Positions 45,488-54,552 of a DNA stretch of 64,000 nucleotides are shown here, piece by piece. Both the position numbers and the translations under genes were made by a program. Position 1 is the first letter of the stretch. Each line of letters starts with the position of its first letter. Under the pieces are notes generated by a model. It saw only the letters and a program-made list of their open reading frames with translations. It was not told the DNA's origin and did not search any database. Source of the stretch: Candidatus Latescibacterota bacterium (GTDB taxonomy: Bacteria; Latescibacterota; UBA2968; UBA8231); contig CBDCDC010000001.1 of the NCBI GenBank assembly GCA_965215195.1, forward strand, positions 32,001-96,000, given 5' to 3'.

Positions 45488-47458
45488 TCAGATCCAGAAG
45501 ACCACATTGTCGGTCATGCCCGTAAAAAAATCGATAATCAACCAGAGCCCGGCGATGAAAAACTGGCCTACGATCAGGCCCAAAAAGAAGGGACGCGCCC
45601 GGCGAAAAAGGCTGGGACCGCCGTATTTCATTGCCATTAACTTTAAGAGCCAAGCGAGGGCAATGCTAAACCACAACTGGTCCATCAGCCATACGGCACC
45701 AATGGGGTATCCAATGGGATGCAGAGGCCACCACAAGAGCCGCTGGCGCACCCACATGAGCAGGGCCATGATGCCCCCGCCGACAAAAGTGTGAACCCAG
45801 CCATCTATGTTCGGCTTGGTGGGCGCGCTTAACTTGGTGGTAATATAATCAAAAGGGGCGCGAGTTCCACCACCAAAAAACCACCCGTTGAGGTTGATGC
45901 CACCGTATTCGTAGGCGAGGTACAAAATTGCTGCGACCGAGCCGACAATGCTGACGAAAATCGCCAGCAGCATGTACCAAAAAAGCGGGCGCAGCCGCGG
46001 CCCCAGTTCTTCGCCCAACTTGAGGCCGTGTGCGCAGGAAGCCATGACAAACGTGCGGATGTCCGCCGCCCACACGTAAGTGTAGGCGAGGCCGACCATG
46101 CCCGCCGGGCCGAGCACCGAAGAGCCTACGGCCGAGACCAAGACCGACGAAGAAATCATCGGCCCGACCGCCGCTGCCACGCCTCCCTCTACTACCACTC
46201 GGGTCAAGCCGACAAAAATAAGGATGGCCAGCATCAGGGTCAAAAAGGCCGCCCACAGCGGCAAGCCGGACTGCCACAGCCAGATGGTCATCACCGCGAC
46301 TCCGGCGAGCCAAGTTAAGACCGCCGCCCGATAGGAGAGCATCTCGCCGCGGTCGTCAATGCGGTCGTCGCCCACGAGGGCCTTGCGCAACACGTCGCGC
46401 AGGTGTTCGCGGCCGACCCACAGGCCGAAAAACACTAAGACGATCATCGCCCCCTGTCCTTGATGGGCGAGGATCGGCTCGCTAGGAGCACCGTAAATGC
46501 CCAGCTTTTCGGTGCTACCGACCCCTAAAACCCCCAGCCCTCCTCGAATCAGCTTGGCGATGGTGTTGAAAAACCACAGGCTGAAGGCAATGTCGAGATT
46601 GATTAGATAGGCGAACCCCACCATGGGAAAGCTCAGGCGGAAGATCAGGCTGACGGTGTTGCGCAGGATCGGCACAGAGGAGACGAGCTGGATGGCGGGG
46701 ATGAAGTTGAAGTACGCGTGTAGGGCGTTGAGACTGCTGACGAGCGCGGGCAGGGCAAAGCCGATCCACATGATCGGGTTTTTGAAGAAAGGCCCTAGGG
46801 CCTCTCCGCGGCTCCCGCTCTGCACCATGGCCAAGGGCACTTGCACCAGCGGGTAAACCAGCCGCTCCCGCTCCACCCACTGGCGGCGCAGAATGACCAT
46901 AGACGAGATCATAACCAAGTACAGGGCCACGATCAGCACGGCCCAATAGCACAGCGGGCCGCCCCAGACGGCCCAAGGCACCCCAGCGGTGCGCGGTGCC
47001 CCTTCGTAAAACCACTTGATCGACTCGGGATCCTGCGGCGCGATCCAGTCGGGAAGGTGCGGCAGGATGTGCAAGGCCCACTCGTTTTCCGGGGTGGCGT
47101 AGTACTGGGCACCGGTGATGATCGTCAGCCAGTACTCGCTGAGGCCCATCGTGGGGATGGCCGAAGCCGTGAGCATCATAATGTACGCGACGATGAGCTC
47201 GCAGCGCCCGAGGGCCACAGGAGTGGCGAAGCGAGTCAGCAAGGCGTTGAACGAGCCAGTCAGCACGAAGAAGAGGAACAGGGCACCTGCCGCGCTGAAA
47301 TCAATCGACATGTAGGAGCCGCGGATGACCATATTGCCGTAAGGTGCCCCCAAGGCAATGCACAGCGACCCCAAGGTCCCCGCCGTCAGCGCTTTGGCGC
47401 TGAAGACCGGCTCGGCTCGTACTGGGCCCTGAAAGGCAGACTCTTGCGGCAAATCCAT
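45488..47458 (-). CDS. DUF6785/DUF6784-type multi-pass membrane protein
   Basis: ELIVAYIM, ILRRQWVERERLVYPL, RVVVEGG, WWPLHPIGY, KYGG..LFRRARPFFLGLIVG. Confidence 0.8.
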   Translation of the reverse strand: MDLPQESAFQGPVRAEPVFSAKALTAGTLGSLCIALGAPYGNMVIRGSYMSIDFSAAGALFLFFVLTGSFNALLTRFATPVALGRCELIVAYIMMLTASAIPTMGLSEYWLTIITGAQYYATPENEWALHILPHLPDWIAPQDPESIKWFYEGAPRTAGVPWAVWGGPLCYWAVLIVALYLVMISSMVILRRQWVERERLVYPLVQVPLAMVQSGSRGEALGPFFKNPIMWIGFALPALVSSLNALHAYFNFIPAIQLVSSVPILRNTVSLIFRLSFPMVGFAYLINLDIAFSLWFFNTIAKLIRGGLGVLGVGSTEKLGIYGAPSEPILAHQGQGAMIVLVFFGLWVGREHLRDVLRKALVGDDRIDDRGEMLSYRAAVLTWLAGVAVMTIWLWQSGLPLWAAFLTLMLAILIFVGLTRVVVEGGVAAAVGPMISSSVLVSAVGSSVLGPAGMVGLAYTYVWAADIRTFVMASCAHGLKLGEELGPRLRPLFWYMLLAIFVSIVGSVAAILYLAYEYGGINLNGWFFGGGTRAPFDYITTKLSAPTKPNIDGWVHTFVGGGIMALLMWVRQRLLWWPLHPIGYPIGAVWLMDQLWFSIALAWLLKLMAMKYGGPSLFRRARPFFLGLIVGQFFIAGLWLIIDFFTGMTDNVVFWI

Positions 47459-47560
47459 TGAGACGATCCTTACCTGAGTGGGCGTTTTCTGGCGTCGCCT
47501 TGGGAGCGCGGGCTTCTGGCCCGCACGAGGGCGGGACGGGCGTGTACTTATAGGAAAGGT

Positions 47561-47589
47561 CTATTATAATAGTACTAGCCCTAGTCCAA
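47561..47589 (-). promoter_or_regulatory. candidate promoter of the 36.2-47.5 kb operon
   Basis: Perfect TATAAT (47568-47563) inside palindrome CTATTATAATAG; TTGGAC upstream but with only a 15-nt spacer. Confidence 0.35.
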
Positions 47590-48093
47590 CCAGCCTATTT
47601 TCTCTAGTTGTTCCAAGGTCCACCAAGCCAACAGGCCAATCGCCCCCCCGCTCACCAAAGCGCTGAACAAGGCCAGCGGCAAAAGCGCGAACAGACCGCT
47701 GTGGCCGATATAGCCAGCGGCGAGAACGAGCTGGCTGAGCTGGTGCGCCAACGCGCCCCAGATGCTCAGGCCCACGACGCTGAAAAGCCGCGCTCCCATG
47801 CGGCGGACCGCAACCATGACCAGCCAGCTCGCCAAGCCAGCCCCGCCGCCTATGACAAAGGCCGGACCGGCAAATCCCCCGCTGAGCAAGCCGCCGACTA
47901 CGAGCTTGATGGCACTAACGGCCAACGCCGGGCCGCCGCCAAAGCTCACCAGCGCGACCAAAACCGGCAGATTGCCGAGCCCCAACTTCATCCAAGGCAA
48001 GGGTTTGGGCACCAGCGATTCAAAGGCAAAGAGCACGATGGCCGCACTGGCCATAAGCCCCAAACGGGCCACGTCTCTAGGGCGCGCAAACAT
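47581..48093 (-). CDS. Gx transporter family (heptaprenyl diphosphate synthase component I-like) membrane protein
   Basis: ESLVPKPLPWMKLGLGN, GLSIWGALAHQLSQL; ATG overlaps the upstream TGA. Confidence 0.8.
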   Translation of the reverse strand: MFARPRDVARLGLMASAAIVLFAFESLVPKPLPWMKLGLGNLPVLVALVSFGGGPALAVSAIKLVVGGLLSGGFAGPAFVIGGGAGLASWLVMVAVRRMGARLFSVVGLSIWGALAHQLSQLVLAAGYIGHSGLFALLPLALFSALVSGGAIGLLAWWTLEQLEKIGWLD

Positions 48094-48482
48094 CAGCGAA
48101 TCATCGCGTCTAGGGGCGCGGCACCAGCGATCCTCAGCACTAGGCCGTTGGGTACGCACGCGGCCACGTCGCCCGCTCGCTGCATCCAGCCTTGCCGCAT
48201 GCAGATCTTGTGGACGCAGGGCGCGGAAAGTACGCGCACGCCCTTAGGGCCGATTTCGATCTCGCTCGCTCCCAAAGGCCCTACAACCGGCAAGACTCCG
48301 TAGTTGGAGAGGGCATGTGTGGCGGGCGCGGCCCCGGCCAACTCGACGATGAGCACGCCGCCGGCTTCGGCCGTATAGCGGCCGTAGAGCACCAGCCCGA
48401 GCGCGCTCAAGCTCACGACGAGCGCGAGGATTTTATCCGCTCGCGTCAGCGCCGGTGCGTTTTCGGTATTTAGCCGCCACAT
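48093..48482 (-). CDS. NusG domain II-containing (DUF1312) membrane-anchored protein
   Basis: N-terminal TM, GPLG..EIEI, SAPCVHKICMRQGW, ACVPN. Confidence 0.85.
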   Translation of the reverse strand: MWRLNTENAPALTRADKILALVVSLSALGLVLYGRYTAEAGGVLIVELAGAAPATHALSNYGVLPVVGPLGASEIEIGPKGVRVLSAPCVHKICMRQGWMQRAGDVAACVPNGLVLRIAGAAPLDAMIR

Positions 48483-48608
48483 CCTGCTCCCTTTTCTCTT
48501 TTCATTTTAATTTAAGTTCTACCAGACGTGCAAACGAGCGGGGAACTTCTGCTTGTATGTACTTGTTTTTTTTCTATATTGACGGGCAAATAGAGAACGA
48601 AGGACCCC

Positions 48609-50825
48609 ATGGCCGAAACCACTCCCACGCCTCTTTTGGCCCTCTCAAACACCTACTTGGACGAGCTCGTTGAGCAGGGGGGCGACGAACTGCATCTACA
48701 GATGCTGCTGATCGAGGTCTCTTCCTACGCCTGCGACGACCAAGCCGGTCGCAACGGTCTCAAGCTGCTCAGGTGCGCCTACTACTTCGCCAAGAAGCAT
48801 CACGAGGGCCAGATCCGCAAGTCCGGCGAGCCGTTCATAGCCCACTGCGTCGAAGTGGCCCGAATTTTAGCGCAACTCCGCATGGACCACACTACGGTCG
48901 CTGCCGGGCTGTTGCACGACGTCATCGAGGACACGCCGGCGACCGATGCGGAAGTCGCCGAACAATTCGGCGAAGAGATCGCCGAACTGATTAACGGGGT
49001 TACCAAAATCGATCAGACAACCTGCGAAAGCCGCGAGGAACGCCAAGCCGAGACCTATCGCAAGTTGCTGCTCTTCGTGTTCAAGGACATCCGCGTCCTA
49101 TTCATCAAGCTGGCCGATCGCCTGCACAACATGCGCACGCTCCAATACCTAAGTCCCCAATCCCGCGAGCGCACTGCGAGCGAAACGCTCGAAGTGTACG
49201 CGCCGCTGGCCCACCGCTTTGGGATGGCGCGGATCCGCTGGGAATTGGAGGACCAAAGCCTCAAGTTCCTCGAACCCGAAATGTACCAAGAGCTGCGCAA
49301 CAAGGTGGCCATGAAGCGCCAAGAGCGCGAAGACTATATAAACGAATTTAAGGTCCTGCTCGAGGAGAGCCTGCACGCCAATGGCATTAAAGCCGAGTTT
49401 ACGAGCCGCGCCAAGAACTTCTACAGCATCTACAATAAGATGAAGGTGCGCGGCAAGCCCTTTGAGGAAATCTACGACCTGTTGGCCATGCGCATCATCA
49501 CCGGCACCATGCGCGAATGCTATGACATCTTCGGCTTGGTCCACGACATTTACACCCCCATCCCCGGACGCTTCAAAGACTATATATCGACTCCCAAGAG
49601 CAACATGTACCAGTCGCTGCACACTTCGGTGAAAGGCCCCAAAGGTCAATACGTCGAAGTGCAAATTCGCACCGAGCAGATGCACAACACGGCCGAAATG
49701 GGCATCGCCGCCCACTGGCGCTACAAATCCAACGACAAGGCTCCCAGCGACTTAAACCAACACATGCGTTGGCTGCACCGAGTCATTGACTGGCAACAGG
49801 AGGCCACCGATCCGGTCGAGTTCATGGAAAACCTGAAGACCGAGCTCGCGTCTCAGGACGAGATTTTCGTCTTCACCCCCAAAGGCGACCTACACCAGTT
49901 GCCCAAGGGGGCCACGCCAATCGACTTCGCCTTTGCCATTCACACCGACATCGGGCTGCACTGCACAACGGCCAAAGTAAACGACCAAGTCGTGCCGCTA
50001 AGCGCGACTTTGAGCAGTGGCGAAACCGTGGAGATCGTCACCACGCCGCAGCAAAAGCCCAAACTCGCTTGGCTGGATCAAGTCAAGACCGCCAAGGCCC
50101 GCCAAGCCATCCGCCGTTGGCTGCGGGAGGAGCAATACGACCACAACGTGCGCCTCGGCAAGGAGGCGCTCGACAGGGAGTTGAAGCCCTATCGGGCTGC
50201 CGACTCACCCGACCTCAATGCCGTGGCGGCGGAGTTCGGGTTCAGCGACGCCGAGCACCTGTACGCGGCCTTGGGCAACGGGGATCTGTCCATCGGCAAG
50301 ATCATCAGCAAAATAGCCCCGCCCAAGCCCAAGCGGCGCACGCTCCGACCCCAAGACCGCAGAGACATCCGCATCCAAGGCATGCAAAACCTGATGATCC
50401 GCTTCGGCAAGTGCTGTGGTCCCATCCCGGGCGACGATATTGTCGGCTTAGTCACCCGCGGCCGCGGCGTCACGGTCCATCGCACCAACTGCCCCAACAT
50501 CGGCCGGATTTCCTCCGAGCCAGACCGCCTGCTCGCGGTTGAGTGGGAGCTGGGGGACGAACCGGCCTTTACCGTTCTGCTGCGCACCCGTAGTTGGGAT
50601 CGCACGTACTTGCTCGCGGACATCTCGCGGGCGATCAGCGACGCCGGCTTCAACATCCGCGGCTCCACTACCCGCACCGATGGCGGCATCGCCGAACAGG
50701 ACTTCTTGATCGATGTCGCCGATAGCGAGCAGTTGCGCCAAGCCATAGACCAAATTGAGCGCATCGAGGGCGTTTTGGAAGTGCTGCGCGTGGATGAGCC
50801 GGCAAACGGCGACCCGCTTCCTTAG
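48609..50825 (+). CDS. rel: bifunctional (p)ppGpp synthetase/hydrolase Rel (RelA/SpoT)
   Basis: RKSGEPFIAH, LLHDVIED (intact HD), KLADRLHNMRT, YQSLHT, EVQIRT, TGS (FTPKG..DFAFAIHT), KCC, ACT. Confidence 0.95.
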   Translation: MAETTPTPLLALSNTYLDELVEQGGDELHLQMLLIEVSSYACDDQAGRNGLKLLRCAYYFAKKHHEGQIRKSGEPFIAHCVEVARILAQLRMDHTTVAAGLLHDVIEDTPATDAEVAEQFGEEIAELINGVTKIDQTTCESREERQAETYRKLLLFVFKDIRVLFIKLADRLHNMRTLQYLSPQSRERTASETLEVYAPLAHRFGMARIRWELEDQSLKFLEPEMYQELRNKVAMKRQEREDYINEFKVLLEESLHANGIKAEFTSRAKNFYSIYNKMKVRGKPFEEIYDLLAMRIITGTMRECYDIFGLVHDIYTPIPGRFKDYISTPKSNMYQSLHTSVKGPKGQYVEVQIRTEQMHNTAEMGIAAHWRYKSNDKAPSDLNQHMRWLHRVIDWQQEATDPVEFMENLKTELASQDEIFVFTPKGDLHQLPKGATPIDFAFAIHTDIGLHCTTAKVNDQVVPLSATLSSGETVEIVTTPQQKPKLAWLDQVKTAKARQAIRRWLREEQYDHNVRLGKEALDRELKPYRAADSPDLNAVAAEFGFSDAEHLYAALGNGDLSIGKIISKIAPPKPKRRTLRPQDRRDIRIQGMQNLMIRFGKCCGPIPGDDIVGLVTRGRGVTVHRTNCPNIGRISSEPDRLLAVEWELGDEPAFTVLLRTRSWDRTYLLADISRAISDAGFNIRGSTTRTDGGIAEQDFLIDVADSEQLRQAIDQIERIEGVLEVLRVDEPANGDPLP

Positions 50826-50827
50826 TC

Positions 50828-51892
50828 GTGTCAGACCTGTTTCGTCCCAATATCGCCCGCCTGCACGGGTACGTCCCCGGAGAACAGCCCCGCGAAAAGG
50901 GCTATCTCAAGCTCAATACCAACGAAAACCCCTATCCGCCCTCCCCCTTAGTGCTGGAGCGGCTGCGCCATGCCTGCTCAGCTAATCTGCGCCTGTATCC
51001 CGACCCGGACGCTTGGGCCCTGCGCCGCAAGCTAGGCGAGGTGTTCGCCATTGCCCCCCAACAGATCATGGCCGGCAACGGCTCGGACGAGTTGCTCAAC
51101 GTCATCATCCGCAGTTTTGCCGGCGAGGGCGACAAAATCGCCTATCCCCATCCCACCTACGGCTACTACAAGCCGCTGATCGACATCCAAGGAGCCGAGG
51201 CGGTCCCGGTTGAGTTCGGCGAGGATTTCGCCTTGCCCGAGGGCTTGGCCGGGGCCGAGGCTCGCGTCACCTTTCTCGCCAATCCCAATGCTCCCTCGGG
51301 CACCCTCGTCCCCTACGACGAGGTCGCCGCGCTTTGTGCGCGGATTGCCGGCGTCTTGGTCGTGGATGAAGCGTATGTGGATTTTTCGCAGGGCGGCTGC
51401 ATTCAGCTCATCGAAGAACACCCCAACGCCATTGTGGTGCGCACCATGTCCAAGTCCTTTTCCCTCGCCGGCCTGCGCATCGGCTTTGCCTTTGCCCGGG
51501 CCGCGCTGATCGAGGGGATGTGGAAGGTCAAGGACCACTACAATCTCAATCGGCTGAGCTTGGTGGCCGCCGAGGCGGCTCTAGAAGATATAGACGCGAT
51601 GCGCGCCAACGCCGCCCGCGTCTGCGCGACGCGGGCGCACCTGTGTGCTGGGCTGCGGGGGTTGGGTTTTTACGTGTGGGATTCGCAGGCGAACTTTGTG
51701 CTCGCTAGGCTCGGCGAGCGCTGGGCCAATTGCGCCGCTGCCACGCTCTATGCCCAGCTCAAGGAGCGCCGGATCTTGGTGCGCTACTTTGCCGCGCCGC
51801 CGCGCTTGGCCAACTGCCTGCGCATCTCGGTGGGCACGGACGCCGAGATCGCCGCGTTGCTGGCGGCCCTAAAAGAGCTATCACCCGTTTAA
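50828..51892 (+). CDS. hisC: histidinol-phosphate aminotransferase
   Basis: YVPGEQP, KLNTNENPYPPS, GNGSDE, NPNAPSG, VDEAY, RTMSKSFSLAGLRIG. Confidence 0.93.
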   Translation: MSDLFRPNIARLHGYVPGEQPREKGYLKLNTNENPYPPSPLVLERLRHACSANLRLYPDPDAWALRRKLGEVFAIAPQQIMAGNGSDELLNVIIRSFAGEGDKIAYPHPTYGYYKPLIDIQGAEAVPVEFGEDFALPEGLAGAEARVTFLANPNAPSGTLVPYDEVAALCARIAGVLVVDEAYVDFSQGGCIQLIEEHPNAIVVRTMSKSFSLAGLRIGFAFARAALIEGMWKVKDHYNLNRLSLVAAEAALEDIDAMRANAARVCATRAHLCAGLRGLGFYVWDSQANFVLARLGERWANCAAATLYAQLKERRILVRYFAAPPRLANCLRISVGTDAEIAALLAALKELSPV

Positions 51893-52849
51893 GCGCTCGG
51901 CAATGCGCGGGGTGCGCCCGCCGCGCTGGTGCATGCTGGCGATCATGTCCCCTAAAAAGCCGATGGAGAAGCACTGAATGCCGACGATGATCAGCAGGAT
52001 GCCCAGCATGAGCAGGGGATGGCGATTTTGGATGTTGCCGTGCTCGTAGCGCAGCAAGGCCACATAGGCGCAGATGACCGATCCGCACAGGGTGGAGCCA
52101 AGCCCCAAGCTGCCGAAGACGTGCATGGGCGTGGTCATAAAGCGCACGACAAAGGTCACGGTCAGCAGATCCAAAAACCCGTTTAGCAGCCGCTTGGCCC
52201 CGAATTTGGAATGGCCGAAGCGGCGGGGATGGTGCTGCACCGGGATCTCGCCGACTCGATAGCCCATCCAGTGGGCGACAGCGGGCAAAAACCGATACAA
52301 TTCTCCGTAGAGGTACGGCAGCGCGTCTTCGGCCACCTCGCGTCGATAGGCCTTGAGGCCGCAGTTGAAATCGCGCAGGCGCACCCCGGAGACCAGCGAG
52401 GTAATCCAGTTGAACAAGCGGGAGGGGAGGGTTTTGCTCAACGGGTCGCGGCGCTTGGCCTTCCAGCCCGAGACCAAGTCGTAATCGCGGTTTAGCTCGG
52501 CCAGCAGCCGGGGGATTTCGCCGGGATCGTCTTGCAGGTCGGCGTCCATAGTGACGATGACTTGGCCGCGCGACTGCTTGAAGCCGGCGGCGAGGGCTGC
52601 GGCCTTGCGGTAGTTGCGGCGGAAGCGCAAGGCGCACACTTGCGGATGCTGTTTGGCCAACTCGCCCAAGACCGCAAACGAGGCGTCCGTGCTCCCGTCG
52701 TCCACGAAAATGGCCTCCCAAGGCCATTCCGCATTCGCGAGGGCGCGGTCGATTTGCACCCATAGATGGGGCAGGCTTTCCTCTTCGTTAAAAACGGGAA
52801 TGACGAGGGACAGAAAAACCTCTCCCGTCGCTTCTTTCTCTTGGCCCAT
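51881..52849 (-). CDS. GT2 polyprenyl-phosphate glycosyltransferase (ArnC/GtrB-like)
   Basis: VIPVFNEEE, VDDGSTD, TMDADLQDDP, DFNCGLKAY, two C-terminal TMs. Confidence 0.9.
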   Translation of the reverse strand: MGQEKEATGEVFLSLVIPVFNEEESLPHLWVQIDRALANAEWPWEAIFVDDGSTDASFAVLGELAKQHPQVCALRFRRNYRKAAALAAGFKQSRGQVIVTMDADLQDDPGEIPRLLAELNRDYDLVSGWKAKRRDPLSKTLPSRLFNWITSLVSGVRLRDFNCGLKAYRREVAEDALPYLYGELYRFLPAVAHWMGYRVGEIPVQHHPRRFGHSKFGAKRLLNGFLDLLTVTFVVRFMTTPMHVFGSLGLGSTLCGSVICAYVALLRYEHGNIQNRHPLLMLGILLIIVGIQCFSIGFLGDMIASMHQRGGRTPRIAERLNG

Positions 52850-52959
52850 TGGCTCCTCTCTTGCAAGCAATACCCCCACTATAAAACAATCGCCGATTGC
52901 CGCGCACAAACCGGCCCGATTCGCTTGACATCTGCGTCCCCCCAACGGTATATACGGAC

Positions 52960-54387
52960 ATGCCGCTTCCCTCGGGTTCCCACATTCATCTGATTGCCGC
53001 TTGCGGCACGGCCATGGGGTCTTTGGCCGGCATGCTGCGCGAGCGGGGATATCGCGTCACCGGGTCGGACAGCCGCGTCTATCCGCCGATGAGCACCATG
53101 CTCGCGGCCTTGGGAATCGACGTGCGGGCCGGCTTCTCGGCGGATCACCTCGTGCCAGCGCCGGATTTGGTCGTCATTGGCAATGCCGTCTCGCGCGGCA
53201 ACCCGGAGGCCGAGGCCGTACTCTCGCGCCGGATCCCGTACCTGTCGCTACCGGAAGTGCTGCGCGAGTTCTTCATCCGCGGCAAGCGCTCGGTGGTAGT
53301 GACCGGAACCCACGGCAAGACCACCACTACCGCGCTCATCGCCCACCTCTTCACCGCCTGTGGGCTCGACCCTTCCTTTCTCGTCGCCGGAGTGCCGCAA
53401 AACTTCGACCGCTCCTACCGGCTCGGCCAAGGCGCGCACTTCATCGTCGAAGGCGACGAATACGACAGCGCCTTCTTTGCCAAGTGGGCGAAATTTTTCT
53501 ACTACCTACCCGATGTACTAATCGTCAACAACATCGAATTTGACCACGCCGACATCTACCAAGACCTTGCCGACATCGTCAAAGCCTTCCGCCAACTCGT
53601 CAACATGGTGCCGCAAAACGGCCTGATTCTAGCCAACGGCACCGACCCCAATATCGCCGAACTCCTCCCCGCTGCGCCGGCACCGGTGGAGACCTTTGGC
53701 CTCTCAGAAGGCGCGTTTTGGCGCGCCACCAACCGCCGGGCCAGTGCCGAGGGCACGCGCTTTACCTTGTGTCGGGCAGGGCGCGCGGTGGGGGTTTTTG
53801 ACCTGCCGCTGAGCGGCGATTACAACGTCTGCAATGCGCTCGCCAGCTTGGCCGCTGGTTTCCACGCTGGCCTGACTGCCGACGACCTGCGCGCGGCCTT
53901 GGCCCGCTTTGCCGGCGTCAAGCGCCGTCAGGAGCAGCTTGGCCTCATCGACGACATTCTCCTCCTCGACGACTTCGCCCACCATCCCACTGCGGTCGCC
54001 CACACCCTAGAAGGGCTGCGCCGGTCCTATCCCGGCCGCCGGCTCGTCGCGGTTTTCGAGCCAGCCAGCGCGACCAACGCCCGCGCTATCTTTGAGAGCC
54101 GCTATGTCGAGGCATTCGCCTTGGCCGACGCTTTCGTCGCAACCGCGGTCCCCCGTCCCGAACGCGCCCGGGACGACGAACCCTTCTCGCCCGCGCGCTT
54201 AGTGGCGCGTCTTTGCGCCACCGGCAAATCGGCGCACTACTTGCCCGACACCGAATCGATGGCCGCTTTTTTAGCTGCGGAAGTTCGCCCGGGCGATTTG
54301 GTGGTTTTTATGAGCAATGGCGGTTTCGGCGGCCTGCAACAGAAGCTGTGCGCGGCACTCGCGGCCCGTGCGCCCTGTATCGACTAG
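52960..54387 (+). CDS. mpl: murein peptide ligase Mpl (MurC/Mpl family)
   Basis: HIHLIAACGTAMGSLA, YPPMST, GTHGKTTT, EGDEYDSAFF, NNIEFDHADIY, DDFAHHPTA, MSNGGF. Confidence 0.92.
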   Translation: MPLPSGSHIHLIAACGTAMGSLAGMLRERGYRVTGSDSRVYPPMSTMLAALGIDVRAGFSADHLVPAPDLVVIGNAVSRGNPEAEAVLSRRIPYLSLPEVLREFFIRGKRSVVVTGTHGKTTTTALIAHLFTACGLDPSFLVAGVPQNFDRSYRLGQGAHFIVEGDEYDSAFFAKWAKFFYYLPDVLIVNNIEFDHADIYQDLADIVKAFRQLVNMVPQNGLILANGTDPNIAELLPAAPAPVETFGLSEGAFWRATNRRASAEGTRFTLCRAGRAVGVFDLPLSGDYNVCNALASLAAGFHAGLTADDLRAALARFAGVKRRQEQLGLIDDILLLDDFAHHPTAVAHTLEGLRRSYPGRRLVAVFEPASATNARAIFESRYVEAFALADAFVATAVPRPERARDDEPFSPARLVARLCATGKSAHYLPDTESMAAFLAAEVRPGDLVVFMSNGGFGGLQQKLCAALAARAPCID

Positions 54388-54552
54388 GTGTCAGAACTGT
54401 TGCCGGACCGACGCACTGAGCGCGGGTAAGACGCGCAGTGTGAATTCTATATTTGTATATTTTACAATATGTTATAAAAAATAAAACCCCGCGGTACGCA
54501 TATTGCATTAAACGCATGGCACTTGCCATCTCACCCCAACCTGGAGGCTGCC

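Noticed and set aside
36256-47458. PQQ or classical RiPP biosynthetic cluster
   Set aside because: No pqqA/B/C/E, radical SAM, YcaO, lasso cyclase or precursor peptide seen.
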